From Trichoplax adhaerens (taxonomy: Eukaryota > Animalia > Placozoa), in the NCBI RefSeq assembly GCF_000150275.1, contig NW_002060968.1, forward strand, positions 653,788 through 717,787: a stretch of DNA of 64,000 nucleotides, written 5' to 3'. Below the pieces are notes generated by a model. That model was not told where the DNA came from, ran no database searches, and worked only from the letters and a program-made list of their open reading frames with translations. Shown piece by piece: positions 25,101 to 38,413 of this stretch. Both the position numbers and the translations under genes were made by a program. The first letter of the stretch is position 1, and each line of letters begins with the position of its first letter.

Positions 25101-28100
25101 TTGATTAATAATATCCTTAAAATAGTTTTTCAGTGCTTATTTCTGAACTTTGTTTATCAACTATAACAGCGATCAAGAAACCGAATCAGAAAACGTGAGC
25201 GATAATATTAGCATTAAAGCTTTCATTATACCAATAGGAATAGATTGTGATAGTAGTAGGGCATTAAGTAATTTCAGCATATGAAATGAAGCAATTTAGA
25301 ACTTAAGGTATGATATTATACGCAGAATCTTAAGAAAATATTTTTTGAATATCGCTGCATTCGATATTACTGGAATGAAAAGCAGCAAACATTTTTACCT
25401 TTAAGGTAATATCATCATTGATATTTTAGTTAGTTCAATCTGAAAGTAATATATCGAAGCATATGACTAGTAGTTGAAGTAATTCTAGATGTTAAATTGA
25501 TTAGCTATAGCTTTGCGATCGCCAGCAATTATTTGCATCCGGCATACTAACCCAATTATGTAATTTTGAAATCATTTATTACTTTACTTATTTGTTTCCG
25601 ATATTATGAACCAGAGGACTTGAGACAGGCTGTACTCGTCGTGAAATACGATATTATTTATCGAACGGTCTTTCTAATCAACAAGCATGCAGAAGGTACA
25701 AGAATGAATTTGAATTATTATAACTATTGACCAATAGTCAATAGTCTTGTTGTAATTCAACTTGGTATTCTAGTTATCACTATAATGCATCTCAGTCAAC
25801 AAAATTTTTAATTCTAGACCGAATACTTACAAGCAAAATTTGATCGATGTAACGGTAAAAAGCTACCTTCACCTTCTTGTTGAAGAGGTTCAATTCATTT
25901 CAGATTGCTATTTTCTAACCATTACATGAAAAGGAGTACTTCGGACGTTACAATTTACGCAATAATATTAATTAAGGCATAAAGAATTACTGTGCAGTCT
26001 ATTCTAGCAGATGGCACTGTTATTTAATTTGATGTTATTACTTATAAAATTCTTCATCTAGGTCCTCGACCCATTCTACGTTTTTTAAATATTTAGCATT
26101 ATCTTTTGGATGGCTGATTACTATTATTATTATGCCTCCTGCATTCTAACCATGTCGCTGTTTTCCATTATTATAACATTGATACAAACACATTTGGTAA
26201 AACTTCTAACCAATAAGTTTCATGAGCATAAAATTAAACCTAGTAGGTATCCTATCAATTGGAGTTCTTTAACACTTACTTGCAAATTACAGAATCGTGA
26301 GCGATTAAGAAAAATGGTGGCTACTTCTTCAGATGTGCAAGTTATCCGAAGTGATTCTAGTTTGTGAAAAATTATATTTGGAAATATTTTAAAACGTAGA
26401 TCGTTTGTTCGTCTGTATTACAAAATAATAATAATAATCTATGACTAGATGTCCCTCAAGATTTATCAAGTACTGATCTCGTCCCTGGTGACTTAATTAT
26501 TATACCGACAAAAGGCATTAGGATGGAATGCGATGTGGTATTAATATCTGGTAATTGCGTTGTTAATGAAAGTTCTTTAACAGGTATCGATATAATGTAG
26601 ATTGGTTTTCGAGTTTATCTGAAGTTATTTATAATAAGTTTCCTTTTCTCCGTTTAACGTTTAATATAAATGACTAAGCGATATTCCAAACTAGGGGAGA
26701 GTAATCCATTTTTGAAAACTGAACTAATCGAATTTGGAGTAGAAGCGGATGCAGCTTATAATCCTAACGTTCATAAGCAGCATACTCTATTTGCAGGAAC
26801 ACAAGTTCTTCAAGCGCGTAGTTTAAAGGATTCGCACGTGATGGCTATCGTTATCCGAACAGGTTAGCAAATGTTCATAAGAAATTGATTTCATAACACT
26901 TAGTCATGGTAAGTTCTGCAAATACTATTTAATAATTAAGGCATTGAAATATTTTTTTAAATTAGGCTTTTATACGCTGAAAGGAAACCTAGTTCGTGAT
27001 ATTTTATATCCTAAGCCAATGGATTTAAAATTATATCGAGACGCTTACGGTTTCTTAGGCTGTATGGCAGTATTAGGTAGATGTAACGAATAAAGCAATT
27101 GAGCAGCCTATTAATTACGAATTTGTTTTAACATATCTATTTTATATTATGGCCTTTCCAGCGGTTGCAGGCATGATATACAGTGTAGCTATTCTAATCC
27201 GAAATAATGTTAGTAAAAAAATAATTAATTGATGTTAATTACAATTAAAATCAGAATAACTACTTCAATTTAAATGTCTGTTCAGTCCGAACGAGCTGAT
27301 TCGAGCTTGAGTTGATTCCTATTTACCTTATGGCTTCTTCTATTGATATTTGATCATTAATTATTTTCTCTAAATAAATGTAAGCGTGTTTGATTTCTAG
27401 CCGATATTGTTCTTTCTTTATTTCTCCTTTAATAAGCTTAATTCTCAAATTTAACTCTGCATATTAAATTACGGACGAATATGAAATCTACAAATTCAAA
27501 ATTAACTCTTATATCTACATCTTCCGCTGGCATATGTTAGCATGTAGTTGGATTTATAGTAAATGTTTTCCCTTAAGCTTACTGAAATGTTTCATTCTAT
27601 ATGTTAGGTAAGCACGCTTCGAATCATTGCACGAGTTGTCGACGTTATTACCATTGCTGTTCCTCCAGCTTTACCTGTTGCTCTATCAATTGGAGCTGGA
27701 TATGCTTCTTATCGATTGAAAAAATCTGGAATCTACTGCATCAATCCTTCGAGGTAGTTGCTAAATATCGAAATTTGACGCTTGAATTTTTAGTAAACGG
27801 TTAATTTGGGATTTTAAAATATCTATATATATAAATGAAAATGTGAGCGTCGATATTGATCCTAATCTTTTCAGATGCAGGATCAATTTAAGTGGAAAAA
27901 TCGATTTAGTATGTTTCGATAAGGTAGAGCTGATCCAATCCTAATACGGTGGTAAATGTAATAAGATAGTAAACATGCTTTAATGCAATGTACACCTTAA
28001 ATTGCATTAGACAGGTACACTTACTGAAGATTTTGCTGAATTTAGTGGTGTGCGAGCATCAGCAAATGGAAGGTCAACTACACTTAGGAACATCGATATT

Positions 28101-31100
28101 TAAGTTAATTGCACCATTTACATAAAGCATACGCTAATGTAGGTTATACAAATGTTGGATTACTTTAGATTCTTGGATATGTGGACAGAACTTGAAGGTC
28201 ATCTGCACGATATAGTAACCACTGTGATGGCTACTTGCCATTCTTTAACGTGGCTTCGAAATGAAATATGTGGCGATCCAACTGAGATCGCCATGTTTCA
28301 TGCATCGAAATGGGTACACTACTCTCTATAGAAAAATTTCATCCATTCAAATTCCGAGAATAAGATATGATTTTTTAGTAATCCACATATTGATACAACT
28401 TAGCTGTTAGACGATAGTATTAAAGAAGGCTATCTTCATGAAAACCTGACTATTCAATCCTTGATCAGAGTACCGCCTGAGTCTAGTGACAATCAGCAAG
28501 TAATTCTTTTAGATGTTTTTAATTTATCATCTATCTATCTCATTTCACTTTATTTGCCTTAATAGAAAGAATGTTATTTTCTTATAATTTTAAATCAGAA
28601 TCAGCTTTATGGTATTTTGAAACGATTTGAATTTACTTCAGAGTTAAAGCGTATGTCGGTCATAATTCATAATGACAAAACCAGAGATCTAGAGTTGGTT
28701 ATGAAAGGTGCTCCTGAAACAGTTATACATTATTGTAATGCCAATTCAGGTAGCCAAATTGTCGCTTAGTTATTTATAGCTCCTGAAATTTACCAAGGAT
28801 GTTACTTTTTCTCAACAATATAAATTAAATACAGATTATTCATTAATTTCTCTAGTTCCGGATGATTTTCTTACCATTTTGGAATCATATACGAGTCAAG
28901 GGTGTCGTATTCTAGGTTTAGCGCATAAACCATTAAAATCTGACTTGTCATGGCAAAATATTAAGGAATTATCTCGGTCAGTAGCGTTAATTTATATTAT
29001 CGTGTACAGTATAGGATTAATTTCAGCAATTATTGTAATATAATTATAGCGAATAAATCTTTTCTTTTCCAGTCATGGTTTGGAGCAAAATATGTCTTTC
29101 GTCGGACTATTAATCTTGCGAAACAAATTAAAACCTGAAACGTTTAATACCATTAAGGATTTAGCAGTTGCTAATATCAGAACTGTGATGATTACAGGTT
29201 TATTTAACGACAAAATAGCCAGGTAACGATCTTTAATAGTAGCAACTAAGTTTTAAAAGCGTTAAATTTATTTTATGACAGGCGATAATCTAGAGACCGC
29301 TATTAAAGTTGCTGAGGAATGTGAAATTATACAAACCTGTGACAATCTGGATTATTTAGCAGTTGAAGATGTAGACGACGATCTAGGGAAACCAAATCTG
29401 ATCTATAAAAGACTAAAGTCTTTCAGAGAGGACCAGGTATAAGCTACTAAAAGAGAGTATAGTGAAATAATCTTTTTACATCAATAAAATAACTCATAAA
29501 TTCTCCCCATACAAGGTTAATTTTGATTCGGAGTTTGGCCATGAGCGAAACTGTAAAATCGCTTGTACTGGAAACACTCTTGATTTAATAAGCAAAATAC
29601 AGCCGGAGCATCTCAATAAGGCATCTTGACCATAGTCAATTACTAGATCTACAATAATTTTAAAAGTATCCAAGAATAATTGACATAACTATCTCCAATG
29701 TTCCACATATAGCTATTAGAAAAAGGAGCCATCTTTGCTCGCTGTTGTCCAAAACAGAAAGCTCAGCTAGTAGAATTTTTTAAGGATTTAGGGTTAGATA
29801 ATAATATAAGTAATAATATATGATCACTATCTCTCCAGGAATCTGAGTGTCCGTTTTATAAAATTCATTTATACCTTAGTTACTTTGTTGGGATGTGCGG
29901 TGATGGAGCCAACGATTGCGGGGTAGATATTCAGTTTCATCAATAATTTGAAATTTCCATTTAAGTAGCTGTTCGTTACAAATAATAGGCTTTAAAAGCG
30001 GCACATGCTGGTATATCTCTATCAGAAGCAGAAGCGTCTATAGCATCGCCCTTCACATCCAAAGTAAGAACTATCGTATTTTGTAGTTACCATACTTGGC
30101 TTGTATTCAAATAATTTATAGATTCCAGTGGATTTAAAGTTAAGGCAAAGCATATAAACTACTTATACCTCGAGCGGCATTTATTATACCTTATTATAAA
30201 ATGTCGACGATTGCTTGTAAAATTTATGTATGAAATCTCTCTGTAGAACTGCTTCTATATGATTTGATTGCAATAACTCATCATTTTGACAAATATTTAT
30301 AAGTCTTGACTAATTGGCTACACAATCTATAATTTTTAAAACCTTTCCATTCTATTATTAAATTTAATTTATATTTTAAATTTTAGATCGCAAACATTTC
30401 TTGTGTTATAACCTTGATTAGGTCAGTTGAATAATCTAATTAAATCTAATTATTAAAGTACGATCTTGTAGCTGTTATTTCTTACAATTTTCTTGCTTAG
30501 GTTAATGTTAAAATGCTTCATGAATGTCAAATTCACGATAGTAAAATCACTACTTTATCATTAGAGAAGGTCGAGCAGCTCTGACAACATCCTTTAGCGT
30601 TTTTATGTATCTTGCTCTTTCCAGTATGATTCAATTTTTAACAATCATGATTTTATATTGGGTAGGTCATTATGTGCCAAACATTTCTTCTTACAGAATT
30701 TATCGATTTACAATCCTATTTAATCTATTTTACATTTATTTCCTACAGTTTGCTGCAGTCCTAGGAGATTTACAATTTCTGTACATAGATTTATTTCTGG
30801 TATTTTTTTTTGTACTTGCAAGTAAGTAAAGTACTTTGTTCTATAAAATCATATATTAATGCAGTAGTGAAAATAAGACACAAGATGCCAATTCTATTTT
30901 TAAATTAATATAATAAAAAATGATAGAAAACTATTCCTAAACGTATTTATCCATATTGCTCTTGGCATTTATTTAGTGAGTAGGGCATTGCCATATCCGA
31001 AACTATCTCCACTTAGGCCAAACATTTCCCTTCTAAGTTTAGAAACTCTGGTGACTGTCTCAGTACTGATTACTATTATTATTGCTGGTCAAGCCTTTAA

Positions 31101-31939
31101 TTATGTCTTTTTAGCTGTACAACCTTGGTAAGTAGTTAGAAATAGTTCTTTTTCATTGAAAATTAACTTTTCGAACGATGGAAACGAAATTTGAAAAATG
31201 TTTGAACTTCTTTACGTTATCCATACCACTACAGGTACAGCGTTAGTTACGAAACAAAAAATGGTTTACTTAAGATGGAATCTTATGAATCAACAACCCT
31301 ATTTTATTATTCATGCTACCAGTATATTTGGTTAGCTGTCGTTTTGCTCCCTGGTCCACCCTTCCAGGAGCGTGTATATAAAAACTGTAAACTCATACTT
31401 ACAGCTTCAAAATAACAGCGTGATTCCTGTAATAATACGTTTAGTACTAAGCTTGAATTTTAATGATTACTTACGTAGGGTTATTGATGCTTACGTTGAC
31501 ATCGTCATTACTTATAACTACAATATTAGTTATTTATCCTGGTCAAGCACTACAGTCTTTCAAGGTTTGACAGTTGTAGTCACTAAGTAATAACTAAGCT
31601 ATTTAACTGCAAATCTGCAGTAGTTCTCAGATTTAAAAATTTCTTATATAAAAACGCCATTAAAGGGTATTTCTATTTTTAGTTAAAAGTCATAAATGAC
31701 TATCGTTTTAAAACCTATTTAATAATAATGGGCCTAGTATATCTTGGACTTTCCTTAATGTTTAAGGTAAGCTGATATATATAGATCATGTAGCATATAA
31801 AGATAACCGGATGAAATATCAAGTTCATAGTTAAAAACTTTTTAAAAACTTTTAGGCATTCATCAAAACAATGATCAAGATAATTGACGATTCAGCATCA
31901 ATAGGTTCATCTATGAGACCTAAAGTTAAAATCTTATAA
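22200..31939 (+). CDS. P5B-type ATPase (ATP13A family), copy 2, ~36 exons, with one in-frame stop in exon 10
   Basis: Exons 22200-22206, 22424-22515 (LNEGTDDEM), 23758-23790 (VCYGYQ), 23943-24077 and onward, with the same intron positions as copy 1. Motifs NESSLTGES, PPALP 27662-27676, CFDK|[42 protein letters not shown]; stop at 31937-31939. TAA at 26086-26088 replaces the Q of PFYxFQ. Confidence 0.92.
22963..23377 (-). mobile_element. Solo LTR (415 bp) in intron 2 of P5B-ATPase copy 2
   Basis: TG...CA termini with a short inverted repeat (TGTGAG...CTTACA); flanks TCCTC/GCCTC form a 5-bp target-site duplication with 1 mismatch. The minus strand has TATATAA followed by AATAAA. Shares ~145 bp with 9131-9275. 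Confidence 0.75.
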
Positions 31940-32579
31940 GAAAATGATCTTACTCCGTGAAATCTCATAAGAAACTTTTCTCAAAATTTGAAAGTTCTGT
32001 GTTTGCTGGTGTTTATTGTATCCTCAAAAATTTCATGTTTTCATACAATAGAAAATGATGCTACAGGTAGAGAAAAAATTACGTACTACCGAGCAAGTTT
32101 ACTAATAGTGTCTCCAGAAGTTTTACAGCACTTTCTGCAGTCGATAAAAAATTTATTTTTATATTGCTTTCCTACTAATATGTTAAACTTATAAAAAATA
32201 TTAATTTACGTACAGAACCATACTAACACACGCTTATTTAATTAAAATGTTTGTAAAATTAAGATTCTTTGATGGTTATAATTTTAATATGACTAATCCT
32301 ATAAAGTGTCACTACTAATTTCTATTCTAGAGTTTTAATTGAAAGTATCATCAATTTCTGTATACTAGTGCGCCTGAATTTCTTCTAATTCTAGTAAAAA
32401 TTTGAGCACATTCATCTTTCTGATGATGAAGATACTTATGACGGGTATGATGCAATCAAATAAATTTGCGTCAAATTCAAATACAATGTTTTATTTCGGC
32501 ACGGAAGTCAATTTTTGAATTATACTAGAAATGACTTGCAAAATAACATATGGCCAAGAAATAAAGCAGCGAAACTTAT

Positions 32580-32599
32580 TATATATATATATATATATA
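32580..32599. repeat. (TA)n microsatellite
   Basis: About 10 TA units, read directly. Confidence 0.9.
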
Positions 32600-33258
32600 A
32601 ATATAAAGCAGCTCTGACAGTGTAAACGCCTTGATATTTAAATTTAATACATTCCATACTTGCTTGTAGCCGAAAGTATTTTAAATCTTTGATACCATAC
32701 CATTTCATATACAGCATTCTATCAACATCTAAGCATGAGGAGACAGTCTTAAAGCAGAATATTTCAAATCAAAAAATATTCGGATATTAACTATTGCCTA
32801 TATTGCATAAATGTCCTCCATGTAGTCGGAATTCATGCAGTTTTTACCGCTATATCGTTGTAAACTCATAATACAGATACACTGATAGCTAGAAAAATGT
32901 ACCCATAACTCCATCATGTATGACGTAATTTAAATTGCAGTTAATTATAGAATTATCATTTTAGGACAATACATTTAGTATCTTCGCTAGCGATATTATT
33001 GTATGACCTCATACATGATGCACTTCTATAATATTTTCTCCGGGAAAGAGATTATGAGTATAAACATTTCAGAAAGAGACACAAGCTTAAATTAGCGCTA
33101 GCCATATTAAATTAGCGGCTGTACACTACTTCAAGGCACAAATCGCAGCTTAGCATCCTTCAGGGAGAAATTGTTAATAGAAATGACAGTACACAGCAGA
33201 AATTATACGATTTTTAATCATATCAGGAAACTATGGTAGGCATCATGTAATAGAAAGC

Positions 33259-36200
33259 TCAACTAATTTTTTTAATGATGCTATAGCCGTAATCACGGTC
33301 ACGGCAAATGAAATAATTCAGATTTCTACTGCCTTTAACTTTACGAGAATTATGAATGACTGGAGACTCGAAAATTTGTAACAATTCAAAATTAAAATTA
33401 TTATATATGTATACTTTACTCTCTTGAATAAATACAAACAACTTATTAAACCATAAGCGATCGACCTTGTCAAGTGGAAAATTACAGTTAATGTACTGAG
33501 TTTCGTTGGCTTTCAATACTAGCCATGGATATTCATCGTATATCTAGAAATAGAGTCACAAAATTACCACAATAATGATATTTGAAATTATCATCAGAAC
33601 GAACTATATCCAACTGTTGACTTACAACAACTTCTTCTCCTTTTCGGACAAGAAAATAAACACCACCTGGGCGCAAAGAAGCACTCTAAATGTAGGATTA
33701 GTAATTCATATCAAATGGTTTCAAAGGCAACAGAATTTTGTATTGTTACAGTTATTACATCAATAATTAGTTTGCTGTTTCATCCTTGACATCATTTAAA
33801 GGGGTTGTACTTACATCAAGTTGTTTAAAGTCTTGATCACCTAGCTCTTCTTTCATAATTGATTCATTCTCAATATCATAAATATCAGTTACGTAAATGT
33901 CTAATTCATCTGGAGATACTAAAATTCTACATGCATAGATACTATCTCGCCAATATTTCATGAATAAAGTTTGATAGACCTCATAAACTGTTTCGTGAGC
34001 TAGTCGAAAAACCTAATTTTGATGGATAATTATTTTCGTTACGTTAAGTTCTAGAAAAGATAGTTATATATCGCATTCATTTATAGCTAACAGTTATCTT
34101 TCATTTTCTTAATTTATTTGTATCTAATGTTGTGAATGATTAATCATTTATTTAAAATTAAGATAGAGTTAATGATATTATATAGTATACCTTTAAAAAC
34201 TGTTGATCCTTCCACGTGCGATAATAAAATATAGCATGTTGGTCATCAATATAAGTCAGTCTTCGCTGCGAATATTCCTCATTATAGCGACAAAAGCATG
34301 CAACAACTCGTCCACTACTTCGTTTGATCATTGTAATCATCAAATCATGGGTATCCTAAAAAAATATTGATTATAAGCTGATTTCATATGTATAGCTTTA
34401 TGAAATGACAAACCAGAATGCAAGACTAAGTATGATTATTGTCATTAATTAGCATAGCTAAAGTTTACTAACAAAATCACGATCGTCCCAAACCAATATG
34501 AAGATATCATCCAATGATCGGTATCGTAAGTGTGTTAGATATATCTTTTTGCTGACGAGTATAGTTTGTGTGGAAGTCCATTTATGTACCTCGATTTCAG
34601 CGACATCTTTGAACTAAAGAAAATGAGACAAATTAATAATGACATTAAAATATTCAGCTTTATCATATTTGAATATTATATCTACCATTTACTTCCATGA
34701 ATATTTAAGGTATATAATAATTTAAGCTTTCAATAGAAAATATTTCTAATCGCAATCTGTTAATAAAACCTTTGAACCAACTATTATACTATTATAAATT
34801 AATTGATCATAGATGTTTGAAAATTATTTTGATTTCATAATGTTATGATAAAAATCGAAGGTATTAGAAATCAGTAAGTGCTTACACTAGTTATTATATG
34901 CCAATGATTTACATCAAGGTTTTCTAGGCAACAATTATTATTGCATAAATATCTCTCGATAACAATAAATCCTTTTAAGTCCCCAATCAAGCGGACATCA
35001 AATTTTGAAGAATCATGAGGCCCATAAATATCTAACATGCTACTCTTTTCTGATTCTAATGTCTCTCCACGACGTACCTATTGGCATAACAACAGTATCA
35101 TTGAAATTATAATCATGAACTGAATGTTTTAGCAATTTAATTACAAAATCTTTGGCTGAAGAACTAATAACATTAGCTAAGGAACAATTAATTAGCAACG
35201 AAGAAACCTCAGTTTACAAAGAAGTCTAATAAAATACGACATATCGAAATGGTCAGTTTCCATCAAAATGATTCCTAGTAGTATGATATTTAATAATAGC
35301 TATGGTTTCACGATTGTGTGTATGATTTTAGTAATTACTATTTTCAATACAATGTTGTACTATAAGAATATCTAAGGTTAAACGAAAGGCAGCTTTATAA
35401 CAAAATAGAAATTGTCTGGAATTTACTAGCCTAGAATTATATTACGAAATATCTATTGCAGAGTCATAATTATATTGAAAAGCTCTGATCTTGCCTGAGA
35501 ATTTATGATTTATTATTAAATATCTCAATTGCTGTTTACTTTGGTAATAAATTACCTTGACTTTTATATGATTATCTTCTGTTTTAATAATATTAACTAC
35601 AATAGGACAGTTATCAATAAAATCGAAATCCGACGCTATTATTTCACCATCTTGTTTACTCCTTTTAGAATTGACGGTTTTAATTCCTCGATTCGGCGAA
35701 TGCATATTATTTGCTTGCGACATTCTAGAGGTTACATTCCAAACCTTTTCAGGAATAATTAATGATGTTGCAGAAATTTGTTGACTTGGCTCAATGTCAG
35801 AATAGCTAGTAAAAAATGGCGTATTATTATGTTATAAATATATATAAAAACTACTGATTTATGGACATAATATACACTACTAAAGTTCTACTGATTAAAA
35901 ACAAAATTTCTTTATGCACAGCATGATAAAAACCTACTCTGCTAGAAAAATGATAAAAAAGTCTTCTGACAAGCGTGTATTATAAATAGCAGTCTTGAAA
36001 ATTGGTCAAAACCATATATGTCTAAGAGTAAAACTTACATTAAGTGGTAATAGATACTTGCAGAATTTGCTTGAAGAGTTCTAGCAATCTGATAAGCCTG
36101 TTCGTAGACAGGACTATCATTACTAAGCCAGTTTAGAAGAAATTGTATAAAGTCCACTGAATCTTGATTAAGAAAAATCCCATACTGTTGTAATAGCTGA

Positions 36201-38413
36201 TAGAACTGATTTAATTTATCCTGAGACTCCTGTATGATAAAATTAGTTGTACACTTTAATAACCACAAATTCATTAATTTTCACTTATATCCCTATCTTG
36301 GTTAGATGCATAAGGTATTCTTACAATGCAAAAAAAAACTTTTAAAACGTAAACAAAATAACTATTCAAGTATTTACGAGACTACATCGCATCTAACATT
36401 TAAAGTATAAGAAATTGTTAATCTAGGATATTTCAAGGTAAAATGTTTTAATATAATTGGTATTTCTATTTAATTGGATAAAGAATTTAAATAAAGATTT
36501 ATGCAATATAATAGCCCAATTTTATATGACATCTAGCTCAAAATTAGTAATCCTTCTTTAATTGCTTTAATTTCTTACTGGATTAGTAATGTAATTTTTT
36601 ATGATCTACTACTGGTCTTACCAACTAAGAATCATATTTAACAATGATCATTTTACCTTAACTGATACATGTTGATAAATAACTCGTAGATTGAATAGTA
36701 AGCCCCAAACAGTTTTGCAAATTTTAACAGTTGCATTAATCCATTTTATATCTGTCAATAGTATTTCTACTATTTTATATGCTGATGCTTGCAGAGCATG
36801 GTCGATAATATATCGGTAGAAATAACCGTCATCCTCATGACGATACCATTCATAACCATATTTCAATTCTGTATTGGTGATTAAAACCGTATTCAATGCT
36901 TTAACCATAGAATTTGAAGAAGAAATATGCAAACTTTCTTCATCTATAGATTTTTGGAGATAATCCATGACAATATTATGTAGTAAGCAATAGCCCCTAT
37001 TAAGAAATATATATTAATACTTTATTAATTTCAAATTAGTACGGATTTTATAATGTCAGCTCTGATATCATGAAGCGATTATAAACTCGGTAAGTAGCTA
37101 ATTCTTAAGAAATTTTGATGCACATACCTTAATATATTTCGATGGTCTAATTGTTGATAATATGTCAGCAACGATCTCTCTTGTAGCTGTTGAAGAAGTT
37201 TTATAGTTTCATGTTCAGAATAATTCCACAAAATGGTAATCATACTGATGGGAATCCTTATACTACGAAAAACGCCCAGCAGCCTAAACAGTTCCCTTCT
37301 CTCTTCTGATAAATTATTTAAAGCACATGATATTAAGACATCTAATTTATCATTTAATGATTTGTGACGCCCAATACTGATCTCTTCTTCATCAATTATT
37401 GCTTTGATATCATTCCATTTATATCGATCATGAAATTCAATTCGTCTAATAATAGATACAGCGAGAGGTAACCCTAAATAAATTTGATAAATCTCCATAT
37501 ATTGATCGGCATGATGGGAATTTGCATGATGCTTCTTGCTAATCATAGGTTGCTTGCCCTTCGAGCTTAAGATTTGTACAGTTTCTGCATAGGTAAAATT
37601 CTATTTATGGATTGCATTAAATTCATCATTATTAGTAGTGGTTGCAAAACGATAATGTTATTTTAATGATAATAATTAATACCGGAATTTTGACTAGAGT
37701 GTAGTTTAATTTTAATTCTGGATCAACGTTACGCGTTATCACAATCGATTTCGAAGCAAACTGAAAATATCTAAAGTAGGAAGCATCCCAAACATCATCG
37801 AAAATGAAAACTGATTCGGAAGTTTTCCTGTTTCCTAAATAAATTTAAATAATAATGTATATGTATATTACTAGATTGGTGAACTTAATTTTGCTCATGA
37901 TTTAAAAACTTAGATAATGAAATATACTGCCATTAAATAATTTACATCCTTTACATTACTTTTTAAAAACTGATTAAGGCATTTAACAACTTGATGCAGC
38001 TTTTGTGGCAGTTCGTCCGCAGACATTCGTAAACGAAGGCATAAAGATCTTAAAGTCTCAAATAATGTTTCTTGGTCAATATTACCTATAATAAACAAAT
38101 AAATTTAAATTTAATCGTATCTTACAAAATTTAATAAACTGATTTATGACATATCGAAATTTTAACTCTCTAGTCTAAGCGAACCTACCTATGTGAATCC
38201 AATATGCTCCATAAGGCAAATCGTTGATATTGCTTACTAAATGTCGTATAGCTTTGCTAACTATCGTCGTTTTTCCACTTCCAGCCATGCCATATACGAA
38301 GACATGGCCTGATTTCCGATCTATATTTTTTAGAGCTGATAATAAAAGATCCATGCACTCATGACGAGATATATGACAACTGCTAGTCATGATTGGAACA
38401 TCTCGGAGTAAAT
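33259..38413 (-). CDS. Apaf-1-like NB-ARC (STAND) protein, multi-exon; 5' end unresolved
   Basis: Exon 38189-38413 carries the P-loop VFVYGMAGSGKT and YWIHIG, as in Apaf-1 HGMAGCGKS...HWVSVG. Walker B FIFDDVW, sensor ITR, GLPLA, winged-helix LGVF...ILW...RSLL, LLHN (LHD position), HD2 DDGYFY and SPVYEQA. Seven further phase-compatible exons reach TGA at 33259-33261. Confidence 0.88.

Noticed and set aside
26086-26088. Alternative genetic code (TAA = Gln)
   Set aside because: TAA terminates several genes in the window, including both ATPases, and no other internal TAA was found in their exons.
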